Source of the DNA: the human T2T-CHM13v2.0 reference genome, Homo sapiens
Length of the DNA: 64,000 bases
Assembly (NCBI RefSeq): GCF_009914755.1
Contig: NC_060937.1
Direction: 5' to 3' (one strand)
Shown: positions 12,363 to 27,410 of the stretch, piece by piece
Layout: the number at the start of each line of letters is the position of its first letter
How positions within the stretch are numbered: the stretch's first letter is position 1
Notes under the pieces: model-generated
Databases searched by the model: none
What the model saw: the letters and a program-made list of their open reading frames with translations, nothing else
Told to the model about the DNA's origin: nothing
Made by a program: the position numbers and the translations under genes

Positions 12363-15164
12363 GAAAGGGGCAAATATTTGCAAATTAAGCAACACAATTC
12401 TAATTAACCCATAAATCAGTCAAGGAGTAACAACGAACATTTTAAAAAAATTTTGAATTGAATTGAATAAAATGATGTCTCAAAAGGTCAAGTGCTATGC
12501 AACTACAGGATCATTTATGGGTTTGATGCCTACATTAAAAAAGATGAAAAGTTGAAAGTCAGTGAGATTTCCTTCTAAGACATTAGGAAAAACTAAGAGG
12601 CAATTAAACTCAGCTAAGGTTAAAAAAATAATAAACATAAGAGCAAAAATCAATACCAAATAAAATAAGTATATCCAAGAAAATTAGAAATCAAAAAGTT
12701 ATTTGAAAAGATTAATAACATTATTAACTCTAGCAAGAAAATTTAAATAAATAAATTAAAGATAAAACATGATCACTAATATTAGGAATTTAAGCAGAGA
12801 ACATTTTTAAAAATTTATGAAAATAAATTTAAAAGGTAATAGATTTAGACCCAACTAAATTTACATGTATGGATAAATACCTTAAAAATCTTTAACTAAA
12901 ACTAACCCAAGAAGAAGTAGAAAACGGAAATAGGCTTATTGTTAAAAAAATTCTTTCTATAATTTTTAAATTATTAATTTAAATTATTAATTTAAAACCT
13001 TTCCACAAAGAAAATTTCAGAATCCCCAACGAATTTTTACAAACATTTAAATTAGGAAATGCAACCGCTATTACATAAATTATTTAAGAGAACACATCAG
13101 GCCAAACTTCCTAGTTTGTTTTTTGAGAACAGAATAGTCCATTTGCCAACACCTGATAATGACATTACTAGAAAAAACAAATAACAAAATACAAAATCCT
13201 TAAGTAAAATATTAGCAAACAGAATCAAACAATAAAGACATATTACATTATAACAAAGTGGTGTATATTCCAGTAATACCAGGTGACTTTACATTTAAAA
13301 TTTTAAAAGTATATGCATTAAAAAATATATGTATTCCACTTTAAGAGAAAAGAGAAAATATCATATAACTATTTTAATGCATGCAGATAACTCATTTTAT
13401 AAAACTCAAAATTCATTCTTATAAAAATTAACACACTCTAGAAGAAGACATTCTCAATGTTATAAAGGGTATCATAAAAAATGGTGCTAAATATACACCA
13501 TGAGTTGAATATTGAACATTTTCTTTCTGAGATTTTCCCAATGAGCAAGACAAGGATGTTCCCTATATAATCATTCTTATTCAAATTATACAAGCGGGGT
13601 TAGCATTAAAATAAGAAAAGAAACACCAATAAAATTATAAATACTAGAAATGAGGAACTAAAAATGTCTTTATTTAACAAAAGCAAAAGGGTGAACATGG
13701 AAAATATGGAAAAATCCATAAATAAACTATAAGAATTAATAACTGTGAATTTAGAAAGTTTGTTGAGTAACTAAACAATGATGTTATATATATTAAGAAC
13801 AAACATGTATAAAAGCGTATTTAAAATATTTTTCTAATTACATAAAAAAGTAACATATGTAGGAAGAAACCTAACAAAAGATGAGAAAGACCTTTATAAT
13901 GAAAACTGTAAAACACAGCTGAAATTTTCAAAAAGCGAGACCTAAGTCAATGAAGAGCTATACCAGATTCATGAAAGTGAGGATTCAGTATTATCAAGAT
14001 TTCATTTCTTCCCAAATTAAAACATGTATTTAATGCAATGACAATCAAAAATTACCCAACAAGTTATTTTTTTTTGGTGGAAGTTGAAAATCTGTTCTAA
14101 AATTTATATGGAAATGTCTAGAAAACCCAAAATTAACTTGAAAGGTAGAGAACAAAGTTAGAGGATTTGATCAACCAAATTTTATGACTTACTATAAAAC
14201 TACAGCAAATCAAGTCAGTATGATACTGGAGGTATAACAGATAAATCTGCCAACAAAATAGATCAATATAAAATCCCAATTTAAAGCCAGATATAAATAG
14301 ATCTTTCTATAAAAACTATTACCTAAATTAACTATATGTATGAAATTGTAAAATAATGTACTTTCCCTTCAACATTGTACCATATTAAAACATTAATTAG
14401 AAATTGACCTTTGACCTAAATATGAAAAACAGAATATATATGTGTTTGTGTACATATTCTCTCTATACATTTACCACATAGACACATAAAGATATACACA
14501 TATATACAATCTATATATTCAATATATATGAATCTATAGAATGCACATGTGTTTGTGTGCACAATTCTCCATATATTTTGTATTTTTAGGTCAAAGATTC
14601 TACTTTTTTATTATTGATTTGTGAGAGTTGTTTATATATTCTGGATAGATATATAAATTTGAACAGTCTATAGATCTTGAATAATTATATCTAAAACATA
14701 CAAAGAAGTCTTTGGTAATAATTTAAACAGACATTTCACAAAAGAGTATCGTATCTTATCCAGTAGATGAATAAGCATATTAAATCCTGTTCAAATTTAT
14801 TACACATCAGATAAATGAAAATTCAAGGCACAATATGATACAACTACACAAGCACCAGAATAGCTAAAAATAAAGACTGTCAATAGATGTATAGCAACTG
14901 CAATAGTCAGAAACTGATAGTATAAATACAAATTGTTAAAACCAAGTATTCCTTATGACTCAGCAATTTTACTCTTAATAATACATCCAAGAGAAATAAT
15001 TGCATATGTGTATGTTTTGCTGTGCGTGCAATTGCAAGAATGTACAAGAAAGTTAATTTATTCATAAAAGTTTCATACTCAAAGAATTCCAAACTTTTAT
15101 GAAAAAGATCAAGGTGAAATAGATCACATTATATTCATAACAAACAATAAAACAAATTTTCTGT

Positions 15165-15355
15165 ATACTGTTGTTTTTGAATTTTATGAAATGCTTTTTC
15201 TGCATTTATTCAAATCATCACATGATTTTTTTCCTTTATTATTTGAATGTGGTGAATTTTAAAAAAATTTGAATGTTAATACAACTTTGTATGCATGGTA
15301 TAAATGTCACTGTATTATGATGCATTCTTTCTGTTGGGTTCAATTTGCTTAAATT
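15165..15355 (-). mobile_element. L1 ORF2 fragment in the opposite orientation
   Basis: 'aaatgctttttctgcatttatt...atcacatgatttttttcctt...gggttcaatttgct' is the reverse complement of the L1 RT region. Confidence 0.75.
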
Positions 15356-15652
15356 TCATATGCAATTACATTGACGAATATTACAGATGTTATGCTGAGC
15401 AGAATTTAGATACAACATATTTAATGCTGCATAACCCTGTTTATGCAAAGTTTAAGAACAAATCAAAATAATCAATTGCAATACAGGTCAGAACAACATT
15501 TACCTCTGAAAGAGGGGTTAAAGGAACATTTTGAGGATACTTGAATAAACTATGTCTTTATATGGGTCACGATTGCATAGCTGTACAATTTGTAAAAAGT
15601 TATTGAGCTATCACCATAAAATTAGTGCACTTTGTGTATTTCACCTAGTAAC

Positions 15653-16269
15653 TGTGGGACAGAAAGAATTAATCAGCATGCCTGTGTTTCTCAGAAACTG
15701 CACATTCCAAAGAAAGGCCTATCTTCAGGAACCGGCCCTCGATGTACTTTTGGGAAATGACTTCTGAGCCCTAGGAATATTATGCTTGGTAAGATACTTT
15801 TTATATGCCTGAGGCTTTAGGCAATGCTGTACCAGCTTGATCAAATACATTTACCTAACACTGTAATTTCTGGTAAATGTCTATAGGGATGGAGGCTGGG
15901 TGGCTGGCACCTGAGAACAGAGGTCAGTTTGGAGGGTGTGGCATGTCTATGAGACTGACCCTCAGTAAAAACCCTGGGCAGCAAGGCTTCGTTGAGCCTC
16001 CCTGTTTGGTAACACTTTGCAGGTATTGTCAGATATCATTTTGGGGAGAAGTAATTGCATTCTCACACGACTCCACTGACTGGGAACACCTGGAAGCTTA
16101 TGCCCATTTTCTCCTGGACTTTGCCCATGTGCTTTTTTTCCCTTGCTGATTTTGGTCTGTGTCCTTCTGCTGTAATAAATTGTAACTAAGTATAACAGCT
16201 TTCTCTGAGTTCTGTGTATCTTTCTAGTATATCACTGAAGTTGAACGTGATCTTGGAGACCCTAATACA
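15653..16269 (+). mobile_element. MER21-like solo LTR
   Basis: Runs 'tgtgggacagaaag...aaaggcctatcttcaggaaccggccc...ctgtaataaattgtaac...gagaccctaataca'. AATAAA lies at about 16174. Confidence 0.75.
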
Positions 16270-16285
16270 ACTGTCATATTTCAAT

Positions 16286-16289
16286 GAAA

Positions 16290-16362
<73 letters not shown>

Positions 16363-16466
16363 AGGAAAAAGGAAGGAAGGACGGAAGGAAGGAAGGAAGG
16401 AAGGAAGGAAGGAAGGAAAAAGAAAGAAAGAGAGAAAGAAAGAAAGAAAGAGAAAGAAAGAAAGAA
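16286..16466 (+). repeat. Compound (GAAA)n/(GGAA)n microsatellite
   Basis: Directly visible, nearly pure purine tandem repeat. Confidence 0.98.
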
Positions 16467-16512
16467 ATGGAGAAAATAGTTTAGAAGAATAAGTTAGAAA
16501 ATGAAGAAGGAA

Positions 16513-16645
16513 TCTGAGTGCTATAGTACATGCCTGTAATCCCAGCTACTGGGGAGGCTGAGGCCAGAGGATCACTTGAGCTAGGAGTTCCAGGCCAGCC
16601 TGGGCAGCATAGTTAGACCCTGCCTCTAAAAAAAGAAAAAAAAGA
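16513..16645 (+). mobile_element. Free Alu monomer (FLAM-like)
   Basis: 'catgcctgtaatcccagctactggggaggctgagg...ggatcacttgagctaggagttccaggccagcctggg' followed by an A tail. Confidence 0.9.
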
Positions 16646-16654
16646 AAGAACAAA

Positions 16655-16822
16655 GAAATGAGAGAAGGAGGGAAGGAGGGAAGAAGGGAAGGAGGGAAGG
16701 AGGGAAGAAGGGAAAGAGGGAAGGAAGGAAAGAAGGAAGGAAAGAAGGAAGGAAAGAAGGAAGGAAAGAAGGGAGGGAGGGGAGAAGGAAGGAAGGAAGA
16801 GAAGGAGGGAGGGAGGAGAAAG
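16655..16822 (+). repeat. GA-rich (GGAA/GGGA) low-complexity repeat
   Basis: Directly visible. Confidence 0.97.
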
Positions 16823-17295
16823 AGCTATATATTTAACTAGTATATGTATTTAGTTAATGTTCATAAAGCACTGTTAATGCAGAACAGAATAAGATCTCTA
16901 GATCCCATAATTATTATCTGTCTAGCCAAAAAGCTGATGACAAGGAAGGATATGAGCCATTTGCCTAATTGATTTAGAAAGAAAGAAATGACTCCTAAAG
17001 GACAAAAGATAACAGCAGTTATGATTAAAGAGATTGAGTTAGAGTTTATTTTAGTTAGCTATTTATTTCTAGAAGGCCTGCTTTGTTCTTACCAGGAATA
17101 GACAGGGATCGATTATAGGACTCACACACGCAAACACACACACACGCACACACACACACACACACACACAGAGGTCATGGATACAAAAATCTACTCATAA
17201 TCAAGTTCTACAGTTTGCCGTGTGGAACCCACTTACGGGAAAAAATGGCCCTTCTTATCCATGAAGTTCACATTCTGAAAATACTATGTTTACCT

Positions 17296-19930
17296 TTTTT
17301 TTCTTTCTTCTTCTTTTTTTTTTTTTTTTTAGATATAGGATCCCTCTCTGTCTCTCAGGCTGGAGTGCAGCGGTGTGATCACAGCTCACTACAGCCAGCA
17401 ACTCCTGGGTTCAAATGATCCTCCCACCTTAGCCTTCCAAGTAGCTAGGACTACAGCACACACCATGATGTCCAGACAATTTTTAATTTTTTCCTAATAT
17501 TTATTTCAATAGTTTCTGCAGTACAAGTGGTTTTTGGTTACATGGATTAATCGCATAGTGGTGAAGTCTGAGATATTAGTGTTCCTATCACCCAATTAGT
17601 GTACATTGTATCCAATATGTAGTTTTTTTATCCTTCATCTTCCTCACTCCCTCTCCCTTCTGAGCCTCCAAAGGCCACTAAATCATCCTGTATGCCTTTG
17701 CATACCCATGGCTTAGCTCCTACTTGTAAATGAGAACATACAGTATTTGGTTTTCGGTTACTTCACTTAAAATTCCTGAGTTACTTCACTTAAAATAATG
17801 GCCTGCAGCTTCATCCAAGTTGATGCAAAACACATTATTTCAATCTTTTTAATAGCTGAGTAGTATTCCATAAAGTGTGTGTATGTATATTATATATATA
17901 TCTCTCTCACATTTTCTTTATCCACTAGTTGTTTGATGAGCATTTAGGTTGGTTGTATATCTTTGCAATTGTAAATTGTGCTGCTATACACATATGTGTG
18001 CCGGTGTCTCTTTGATATAATGACTTCTTTTCCTTTGGATAGATAGCCAGTACTGAAATTGCTGCATTGAATCGTAGGTCAACTTTTAGTGCTTTAGGAA
18101 ATCTCCATACTGTTTTCCATACAGGTTGTACAAATTTATATTCCCACCAGCAGTGTATAAGTGTTCCCTTTTCACCACATCCATGCTGACATATATTGTT
18201 TTTATAACATTATCTTTTTAATAATGGCCATTCTTGCACAGGTAAGGTGGTATCTCATTATGGTTTTAATTTGCATGTCCCTGATGATTAGTAATGTTGA
18301 GTATTATTTTTCATATGTTTGTTGGTCATTTGTATATCTTCTTTAGAAAAATGTATATTCATGTCATTTGCCCTCATTTTGATGGTTTTTTTTTTGTTTT
18401 TTTTTTTCCTGATTTGAGCTCCTTGTAGATTCTGGATATATGTCCTTTGTTGAACGCATAGTTTACAAATATTTTCTTCCACTCTGGGGGTTGTGTGTTT
18501 ACTCTGCTAATTATTTCTTTTGTTGCACAGAAGCTTTTTAGTTTAATTAGGTCCCATTTATTTATATTTATTTTTGTTTCATTTGCTTTTGGGGTCCTAG
18601 TCATGAATACTTTTCCTAGGCAGTGTCCAGATGAGTTTTTCCAGGTTTTCTTCTAGAATTTTTAAAGTTCCAGCTTTTAGATTTGAGCCTTTGATCTACC
18701 TTGCGGTGATTTTTGTACAAAGTTTATTCCAGTTTTATTCTTCTTCATGTGGCTTGCCAGTTTTCCCAGCACCATTTATTAAGTAGGATGTCCTTTCCCC
18801 AATTTATGTTTTTGTATGTTTTGTCAAAAATCAGTTGGCTGTAAATATTTGGGATTTATTTATTGGCTCTCTATTCTGTTCCATTGGTTTATGTGTCTGT
18901 TTTGTACCAGTACCATGCTGTTTTGGTTTCTGTAGCCTTGTAGTATAGTTTGAAGTCAGGTAATGTGATCCCTCCAGATTTGTTCTTTTTGCTTAGTCTT
19001 GCTTTGGCTATGTGGGCTTTTTTTTGTTTGTTTCACATGAATTTTAGAATTGTATTTTCTAATTCTGTGAAAAATGATGTTGGTATTTGGATGGGAATTG
19101 CATTGAATCTGTAGATTGATTTGGGCAGTATGGTCATTTTCATTATATTAATTTTTCCAATCCATGAGTATGAGATGTGTTTCCATTTGTTTGTGCTATC
19201 TATGATTTTTAAAAACCATATGATAATCTCAATAGATGTAGAAAAAGCATTCAATAAAATCCAGCATCTTTTATTATAAAAAACCCTCAACAAACTAGGC
19301 ATAGAAAGGACATACCTCAAAATAATAAAAGCTGTATATGATGAACCCACAGCAAACATACTGAATGAGCAAATGCTGGAAGCATTCCCCCTGAGAACTG
19401 AAACAAGACAAGGATGCTCACTTTCACCACATCTATTGACATAGCACTGGAAGTCCTATCCAGAGGAATCAGGCAAGAGAAAGAAATAAAGGGCATCCAA
19501 ATTGGAAAAGTGAAATTTATCCTACCACTGTGTGCTAATAATATAATCCTACACCTAGAAAACCCTGAGTACTCATCCAAAATACTACTAGATTAGATAA
19601 ATGAATTCACTAAGGTCTTAGTCTACAAAGTCAATCTGCACAAATTAATAGCACTGGTATACATGAAAACAACCAAGTTATAAATCAAATCAACAACTCA
19701 TTTCCTTTTACAGTAGCTGCAAAAAAAAAAAAAAAAAAAAACCTAGCAATTTATCTAACCAAGGAAGTGAAAGATCTCTACAAGAAGAATGTTTAAATGT
19801 GTTTTATAGAGACTGGTCATACTATGTTGTTGCCCAGCTGGTCTAGAACACCTGGCCACAAATTATCCAGATCCTCTGGTCTTGGCCTCCCAAAGTCCTG
19901 GGGTTACAGACGTGAGCCACCACACCTGCC
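17296..19930 (-). mobile_element. AluJ split by L1 (right arm about 17296-17491, left arm about 19788-19930)
   Basis: Poly(T), then 'caggctggagtgcag...gatcacagctcactacagcc'. Resumes with 'ttggcctcccaaagt...gtgagccaccacacctgccc'. TSD GAAAATACTAT at about 17277 and 19933. Confidence 0.9.
17492..19787 (-). mobile_element. L1PB-type element, 5'-truncated with a 5' inversion (minus strand 17492-19208, plus strand 19210-19787)
   Basis: The minus-strand 3' UTR and ORF2 switch at about 19209 to plus-strand ORF2. The chimeric ORF 19033-19359 and the ORF 19414-19596 ([23 protein letters not shown]) are L1 ORF2. Confidence 0.93.
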
Positions 19931-20614
19931 CAGAAAATACTATATTTTAGATCCAATATTTGGTTGCAGATGTAGAACTCCATATGGTCGACCAACTGTA
20001 TCTATGGAAAAAAAATCTATGAATAATTGAGCCCGTGCAGTTCCAACCCATTGTTGAAGGGTCAGCTAAATATATTTGGATAAATAGGCATACAAATACA
20101 TAGGACTATAATTTAAATATTAAAAACTGTGAAGACACAGAGAAGATGCATCTACTTCTACCAAAAAAAGCACAAAGGTTACCCAAATAATAGGTGACGA
20201 TCCATGTGCATTGCTTCTGTTTGTCTCTTGAAAACATATCAGTGAGCTGGAAGAGTCCTAGGAATGAGATTTCATTCATTATCAGTGATTGAACTGTCAA
20301 CAAGGAAAGTAAACACGCAGTGGCTTCATACAGCATCTTTCTGGCGTAAACATCTGATGTTTATGGTGGCAGCAATTTAGATATTTTAAAAAGAGGATAG
20401 AATTAACAGAGATAAGTGATATTGAAAATTTCATATCAGTGCTGTAGAGAAGGCATTTCAATAGCTTTCAGATATACCTCATTATACCTCATTCAGATAT
20501 GAGAGTGTTGTGGGGCAAAAATATTGTTATACAACAAAATTTGAGATACGAATATGCTTGTTTACAAAGAAAAATGCAGATATATGAAGTCAGAGCAAAC
20601 CACATTTTTTTTAA

Positions 20615-20974
<360 letters not shown>

Positions 20975-21009
20975 AAAAAAAATGAAACATCCTTTCTAAC
21001 ATCACCTTA

Positions 21010-21150
21010 TTTCACTATTTTCTAGAACTCTACTAGGTAGCGGCAACATAAAATTAAACAAGGTAGACATGGCTCCTCCCTTCACAAAGCTTACACACAA
21101 TGGACGAGACAGAAGACTTAAAAAGCAATTGTAATTCATTGTGTGTTATT
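21010..21150 (-). mobile_element. L2 fragment
   Basis: 'aacaaggtagacatggctcctcccttcacaaagcttacac' resembles the L2 3' region on the reverse strand. Confidence 0.55.
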
Positions 21151-22394
21151 GCATTAGAAGTACCTTGACACGCATAGACTGGGAATAATTACAACTATTA
21201 CTAAAATATGTAGCAGTAAAAGAAGGCAATTATCAAAACTAACATACATAGGACACAAGTCCCTAGGAAATTCTTCAGAAGACTAAACACTAAAAAAAGG
21301 GGCTTATTCTATGATTATATTCAATTTTTTTATTTCATCCATATGCTTTATATATATTTTAAAGCAGGAAGGTCAGCAAGCCTTCCCTGGAGAGTTCTGG
21401 CTAAGCTCTATTTGCACTATCATCAGAGAGGCAATGCTGTCATGCAGATGGCCCCCTGGTCTGGGCAGCTTGATGAAAGTGCCTTTGTGTTCCTAATTAA
21501 CAAGTGAACAACTGTGCCAATTGCTTTGATACATTTGAAACCTTCTGTTCTCAGACTTTTGATGAGCTGTTTATTCAGAAGAAATACCTGCCTGCTTATT
21601 GGCCCCAGCATACCACTCCTAAAGGGCAGAGTTACAGTGAGATTGACAAAGATTCCTCTGTACAAACGAAGATCATCAAGAAGCGTAAGCCACATTCAGG
21701 TAGTCCATTTTAGATCTCATTGATGGAAGAATAAAGTCTATGACTATAAAGTGCAAATATTTCTTGGCAGTAACTCTATATATCCAGAGCTCACAGTTCA
21801 GTAATGAGCTGCCACACTAAGTTGTTCTTTGATTCTGGGAGTTCCCAAATCTGTAGCAGTGTTTAAAAAAAGCAACGTTTCCAGGATCTTTACTCAACTC
21901 TTAAAAAAAATTAGTGGTAAAGTAGATGCTGGCACAGAGAGTAAATTAGAACATCAAATGATACTAGAATAATAAATGTTAAAGTGTATGCCAAATTATA
22001 TTTAGCATGCAAAAGAAAAGATATGTTAATGAAGCCCAAAGCCCCAAACCATTTTGTGCATATAATTGTGTGAAATGTGATGGGAGGAGCAAATGTTAGT
22101 AGCTTTTAAAAAATTTTCTTGACTGAGTGTAATGTAGATAGTATCAAGGCCATGAGATAAAATAACTACCCTTTTGATTTATAAATGCATCAAATTAAAG
22201 AAAATGACATTTTTAAAAATTAAAAATGGCAAATCCTCAGGCATATATTTAGAAAGGCTCTTTGCATTTAGAAAGCTAGAGTTCTTCATCAGAACTAGTG
22301 GTTATGATGAGAAAGGAAAAAAGTGATGACAATGTCCCTTACAGCAGATTTGAAAAGTAGCCATTTTTTTTTTAATCCTAAGGAGAATGTTTAA

Positions 22395-22602
22395 ATTATC
22401 TCAACCTTGGCACTATTGACATTTGGACTGAATAATTCTGTCTTGCTTGAGACTCTCCTGTGCATTGTGCAATGCTTAGCAGCACTTCTGGCCTCTATTT
22501 TCTAGATACTGGTAGTACGCCCCTAAGTTGTACAATCAGGAATGTCTACAGACATTGCCAACTGTGTATGAGAGCAAAATTGCTTACAGTAGGGAACCAC
22601 TG
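22395..22602. mobile_element. MER20 hAT-Charlie MITE
   Basis: 'tctcaaccttggcactattgacatttggac...ctgtgcattgt...tctacagacattgcca...gaaccactg'. Confidence 0.9.
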
Positions 22603-23089
22603 GTTTTAATTAGAGACAAAGTACTTCCAGTAGAGACAAGGTGGTGCAGAATTTTTTTCTGCTTGCCCCTTCCCTCCAAGTACAACTATAAATTCCTTAA
22701 ATTCCTTAAATGACTTAACAGAAAACCAAGGATAAGTATAGTTAGTAAGAGGAAGAAAAAGGGTAGGGAGTCCAGGACTGGAGGAATGATGTAGAAGCAC
22801 AACTCTTACAAAACCCTATCCAACAGAAGACAACCCAAGCCCCATGCTTTCCACCTCCTGATCAAGCAACCAATGGTGGATCAGGTAAGCTCATTCCTTG
22901 GCAGGACTCAAAAATACAAGGTTACTCTACAAAACTAACAGCGAGAATCATTGATCCAAATGCCATGCTGACCCTAAGAGGCCAGGGAAAGGGTTCTCAT
23001 TCCACAGTGGGACTTCATCTAGAGACACTGCATAACTAGGGGGCACCAGACAACAGCAATGATATCCTGCCACAACAAGGCACCTGGGC

Positions 23090-23790
23090 AGTATTAGAGT
23101 GAAGATAATAGAAGATAGAATATGTAAACTTGAGGACAGATGAATAGAATTTACCCAACCTGAACAAATGGGAGAAAATAGACTAAAACCAAACAAACAG
23201 AAACCACAGGCCTCAGGGACCCGTGGACAATAGCAAAATATCCGTCATTATTATCATCAGAATTCTAGAAGGAGAGGAGAGAGTGGAGCTAAATGTATGC
23301 AAAGGAATAAAAACTGAAACTTCCCAAATTTGTGGAAAGGCATAAGCCCACATATTCAAGAAGCTAAGCAAAATCTATACAAAGACACATCATAAACATA
23401 CTATGGAAAACAAAAAATTATGGAATAATCTTGAAAGAAGCCAGGGAAAAATTACTTATAAAGGGATAGCTATTCAAATAATAGGAGATTTCTCATCTGA
23501 AACCAAGGGGTCCATAAGGGTGTGCCATAACATCTCTCAAGTCCTGAAAGAACTGTCAACAGCGAATTTGATACCTGGGAAACAATTCTTTAGAAATGAA
23601 TGGAAAATAGTGGCATTCTCAGAAGATGGAAAACTAATAAAATAATTTCTCACTAGCAGATCTAACTTTTAGAAAAGGCTAAAAGAAGTTCTCACAGCAA
23701 CAAAATGAAAATGATGAAAAATTTTGAAGCATCAAAAAAGAAGAAGAGAAAGTGTAGAAATATTTGTAAATACAATAAACTAGTGATAAA
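23090..23790 (+). mobile_element. Old L1M ORF1 fragment
   Basis: ORF 23403-23645 (ITYKGIAIQIIGDFSSET...QVLKE) resembles the L1 ORF1p C-terminal domain. Confidence 0.82.
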
Positions 23791-24214
23791 TTATTGCTTA
23801 AAACATAGAAGGGTGGACACATTATTTTAAAGCATACTGTAGTCCAAATTTAGAGAATGAGATTGTGTCAGAACTAAAAAATACCTCTTTGTAAATCCTA
23901 CAAGATATAGCCTGATCTTTTTGGAAGATAAATTAGTTACTTTTATATAATTGAATCACCAGAAAAGAGATAATTGGGTTTCTTATTTCCAGGAAGAGCT
24001 AAATAAGTAAGAGTTTGACCAACAGAAGTCTTCACTGAAATTTCAAATCATTAACCATGATTGAGAGATTGGAAATAAAGACATCTGTGACCAACACAAT
24101 CTGGCACAGACTGGATAGGGAAATGAGGTAAACAAGTCAACAATACTTGGCTCAAGGATAACATAATAATGATGACAATGACATCTGTGATTTTCATTTT
24201 ATGCTCCAGAGACT

Positions 24215-24762
24215 TTGTAATTGTTGTCTTTATCTCTCAAAAAAGTATTTTATTTCTGAGCCAATCCTGGCTCCTCAGACTCTCTCCCACTTTCTGGTAT
24301 CACAGCAGGGCTCTTGTATTATGTTACCTTGGGCTCAGGTCAGCCAATGGGAAATACTGATGGTGCTTTATGGGGAAGGGGGAAAGAAACTAGGTTAACC
24401 CTTTCTCTCTCTTTGTCTTGGGTGGTTTCTCCAGCAAGCTCTGCCCTTGTAACTCCTCTTGATTGTGGCTACCTCTGTGCAGCTTTTCAGGCTACCAGGT
24501 TACTTTGAATGACTTTGGACAGTGGGCTCCCCCTGTTTTATAATCTTTGAGCTTAAGGTAGTAGTGGTTTTCTGCTGTTGCTGTTCTCTGGGTTACCGTC
24601 CTGTCCCTTGATTGACTCTCAGATGCTGAGTTACCACCTTTTGATCTCCAACAGTCAGATGCTCTTTCTTTCACCTATGAAACTAATTCTCCAAATTAAA
24701 TTCCCTATATTGTAGACACTTGCATTGTTTTTTGGTTTCTTAATTAGACCCTGACAGTTACA
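24215..24762 (+). mobile_element. ERVL solo LTR (LTR33-like)
   Basis: Contains 'ggtcagccaatgggaa', and its 3' end reads 'attaaattccct...gtttcttaattagaccctgacagttaca'. Confidence 0.55.
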
Positions 24763-24780
24763 CTTTGAAATAAAAAATCA

Positions 24781-25145
<365 letters not shown>

Positions 25146-26169
25146 CTAGAGGTCATCAGGTTCAATTCACCTGTATTTTCCACAACACAAATGATTATTT
25201 TTCTTTTGACATACATTCAAATAAGAGCTGAAATGGGTAAGCATATTTGTTAAAGTAAGAAAATGTAAAAGAGCATGACCTACTATTCCAAGACCTACTA
25301 TTCCCATACTAGGATAAAGATGGCTCTCAAAACCCAAATTCAAATGCCTTGACTGAATGAACTCATTCTGTGCCAGGGCCGATGGATTCTGATGCCTGGA
25401 ATGTCCACATCAAATAATCTCTATGGATTTTAGTAACTGTTATCACTTGAAGACCACCTCATACCCACATTTCACATCATGTGACTTCCACAAGAACAAT
25501 AGACATCCTTTGTTATTATGACTCAACTGATAAATAACTAAAATGTATACTGGCTTTTTTTAATAGTGTTAATTTACTGAGTAGATGTACTAAAACATTG
25601 GAGTTTTAAAATATTCATTCCTAAATGAGCTACTTTGAAAGCTTTGAAAAAAGTAAACACACGAAAAAAGAATTGAAGAGCATACTGACCTACACCAAAC
25701 CACATAATGTGGACATCCTACATTGCACTGGGACAGAGAGCTGATAAAACTCATACTAAGGTGCTAACATAAGATCAGTCTGACTGGGTTATTTACATGT
25801 GTAGGTTTGTGAAAAGGTCTTAGTGAATAAAATACACTTAGAAAAATAAGAAAAATAACAAAAATAAGCAATAATTTTCTTAAAGATAGCATCTTCATAT
25901 TAAGGTGATCAAGATGACTAGTACATCACGCATAGCAGGATAGCTTTTGATATCTTTATCAAGCTATTCACCTCTGTGTTCCAGACTTCTGCGATCAGGA
26001 AAAAAAAAAAAAAAGAAGAAGCAAAAGAAAAGAAATGCCAACTATAACACAGGAATAGGTGGATTCTGTTGGTAAATTCTTCAGTGAGCTTTACTTTCCC
26101 TCCCCTCACATCTTCTTAGAGACTTCTAATTATTCTTTATTGCTGTCTCTCATCCCCTCTCTTCTGTGT

Positions 26170-27410
<1,241 letters not shown>

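Larger units (their letters stand above)
17080..20067 (+). mobile_element. MER8/Tigger2-family MITE, split into about 17080-17291 and 19931-20067
   Basis: Left half 'ggatacaaaatc...gtggaacccacttacgg...gaaaatactat'. Right half 'gaaaatactatattttagatcc...gcccgtgcagttccaaccc...gaagggtcagct'. A (CA)n run lies at 17123-17170. Confidence 0.72.

Noticed and set aside
16214-16840. K/E/R/G-rich ORFs
   Set aside because: They are translations of GAAA/GGAA microsatellites.
25277-25304. gacctactattcc direct repeat, and similar short duplications at about 12965, 17758, 45708 and 48693
   Set aside because: These are two-copy slippage duplications with no spacer-array structure.
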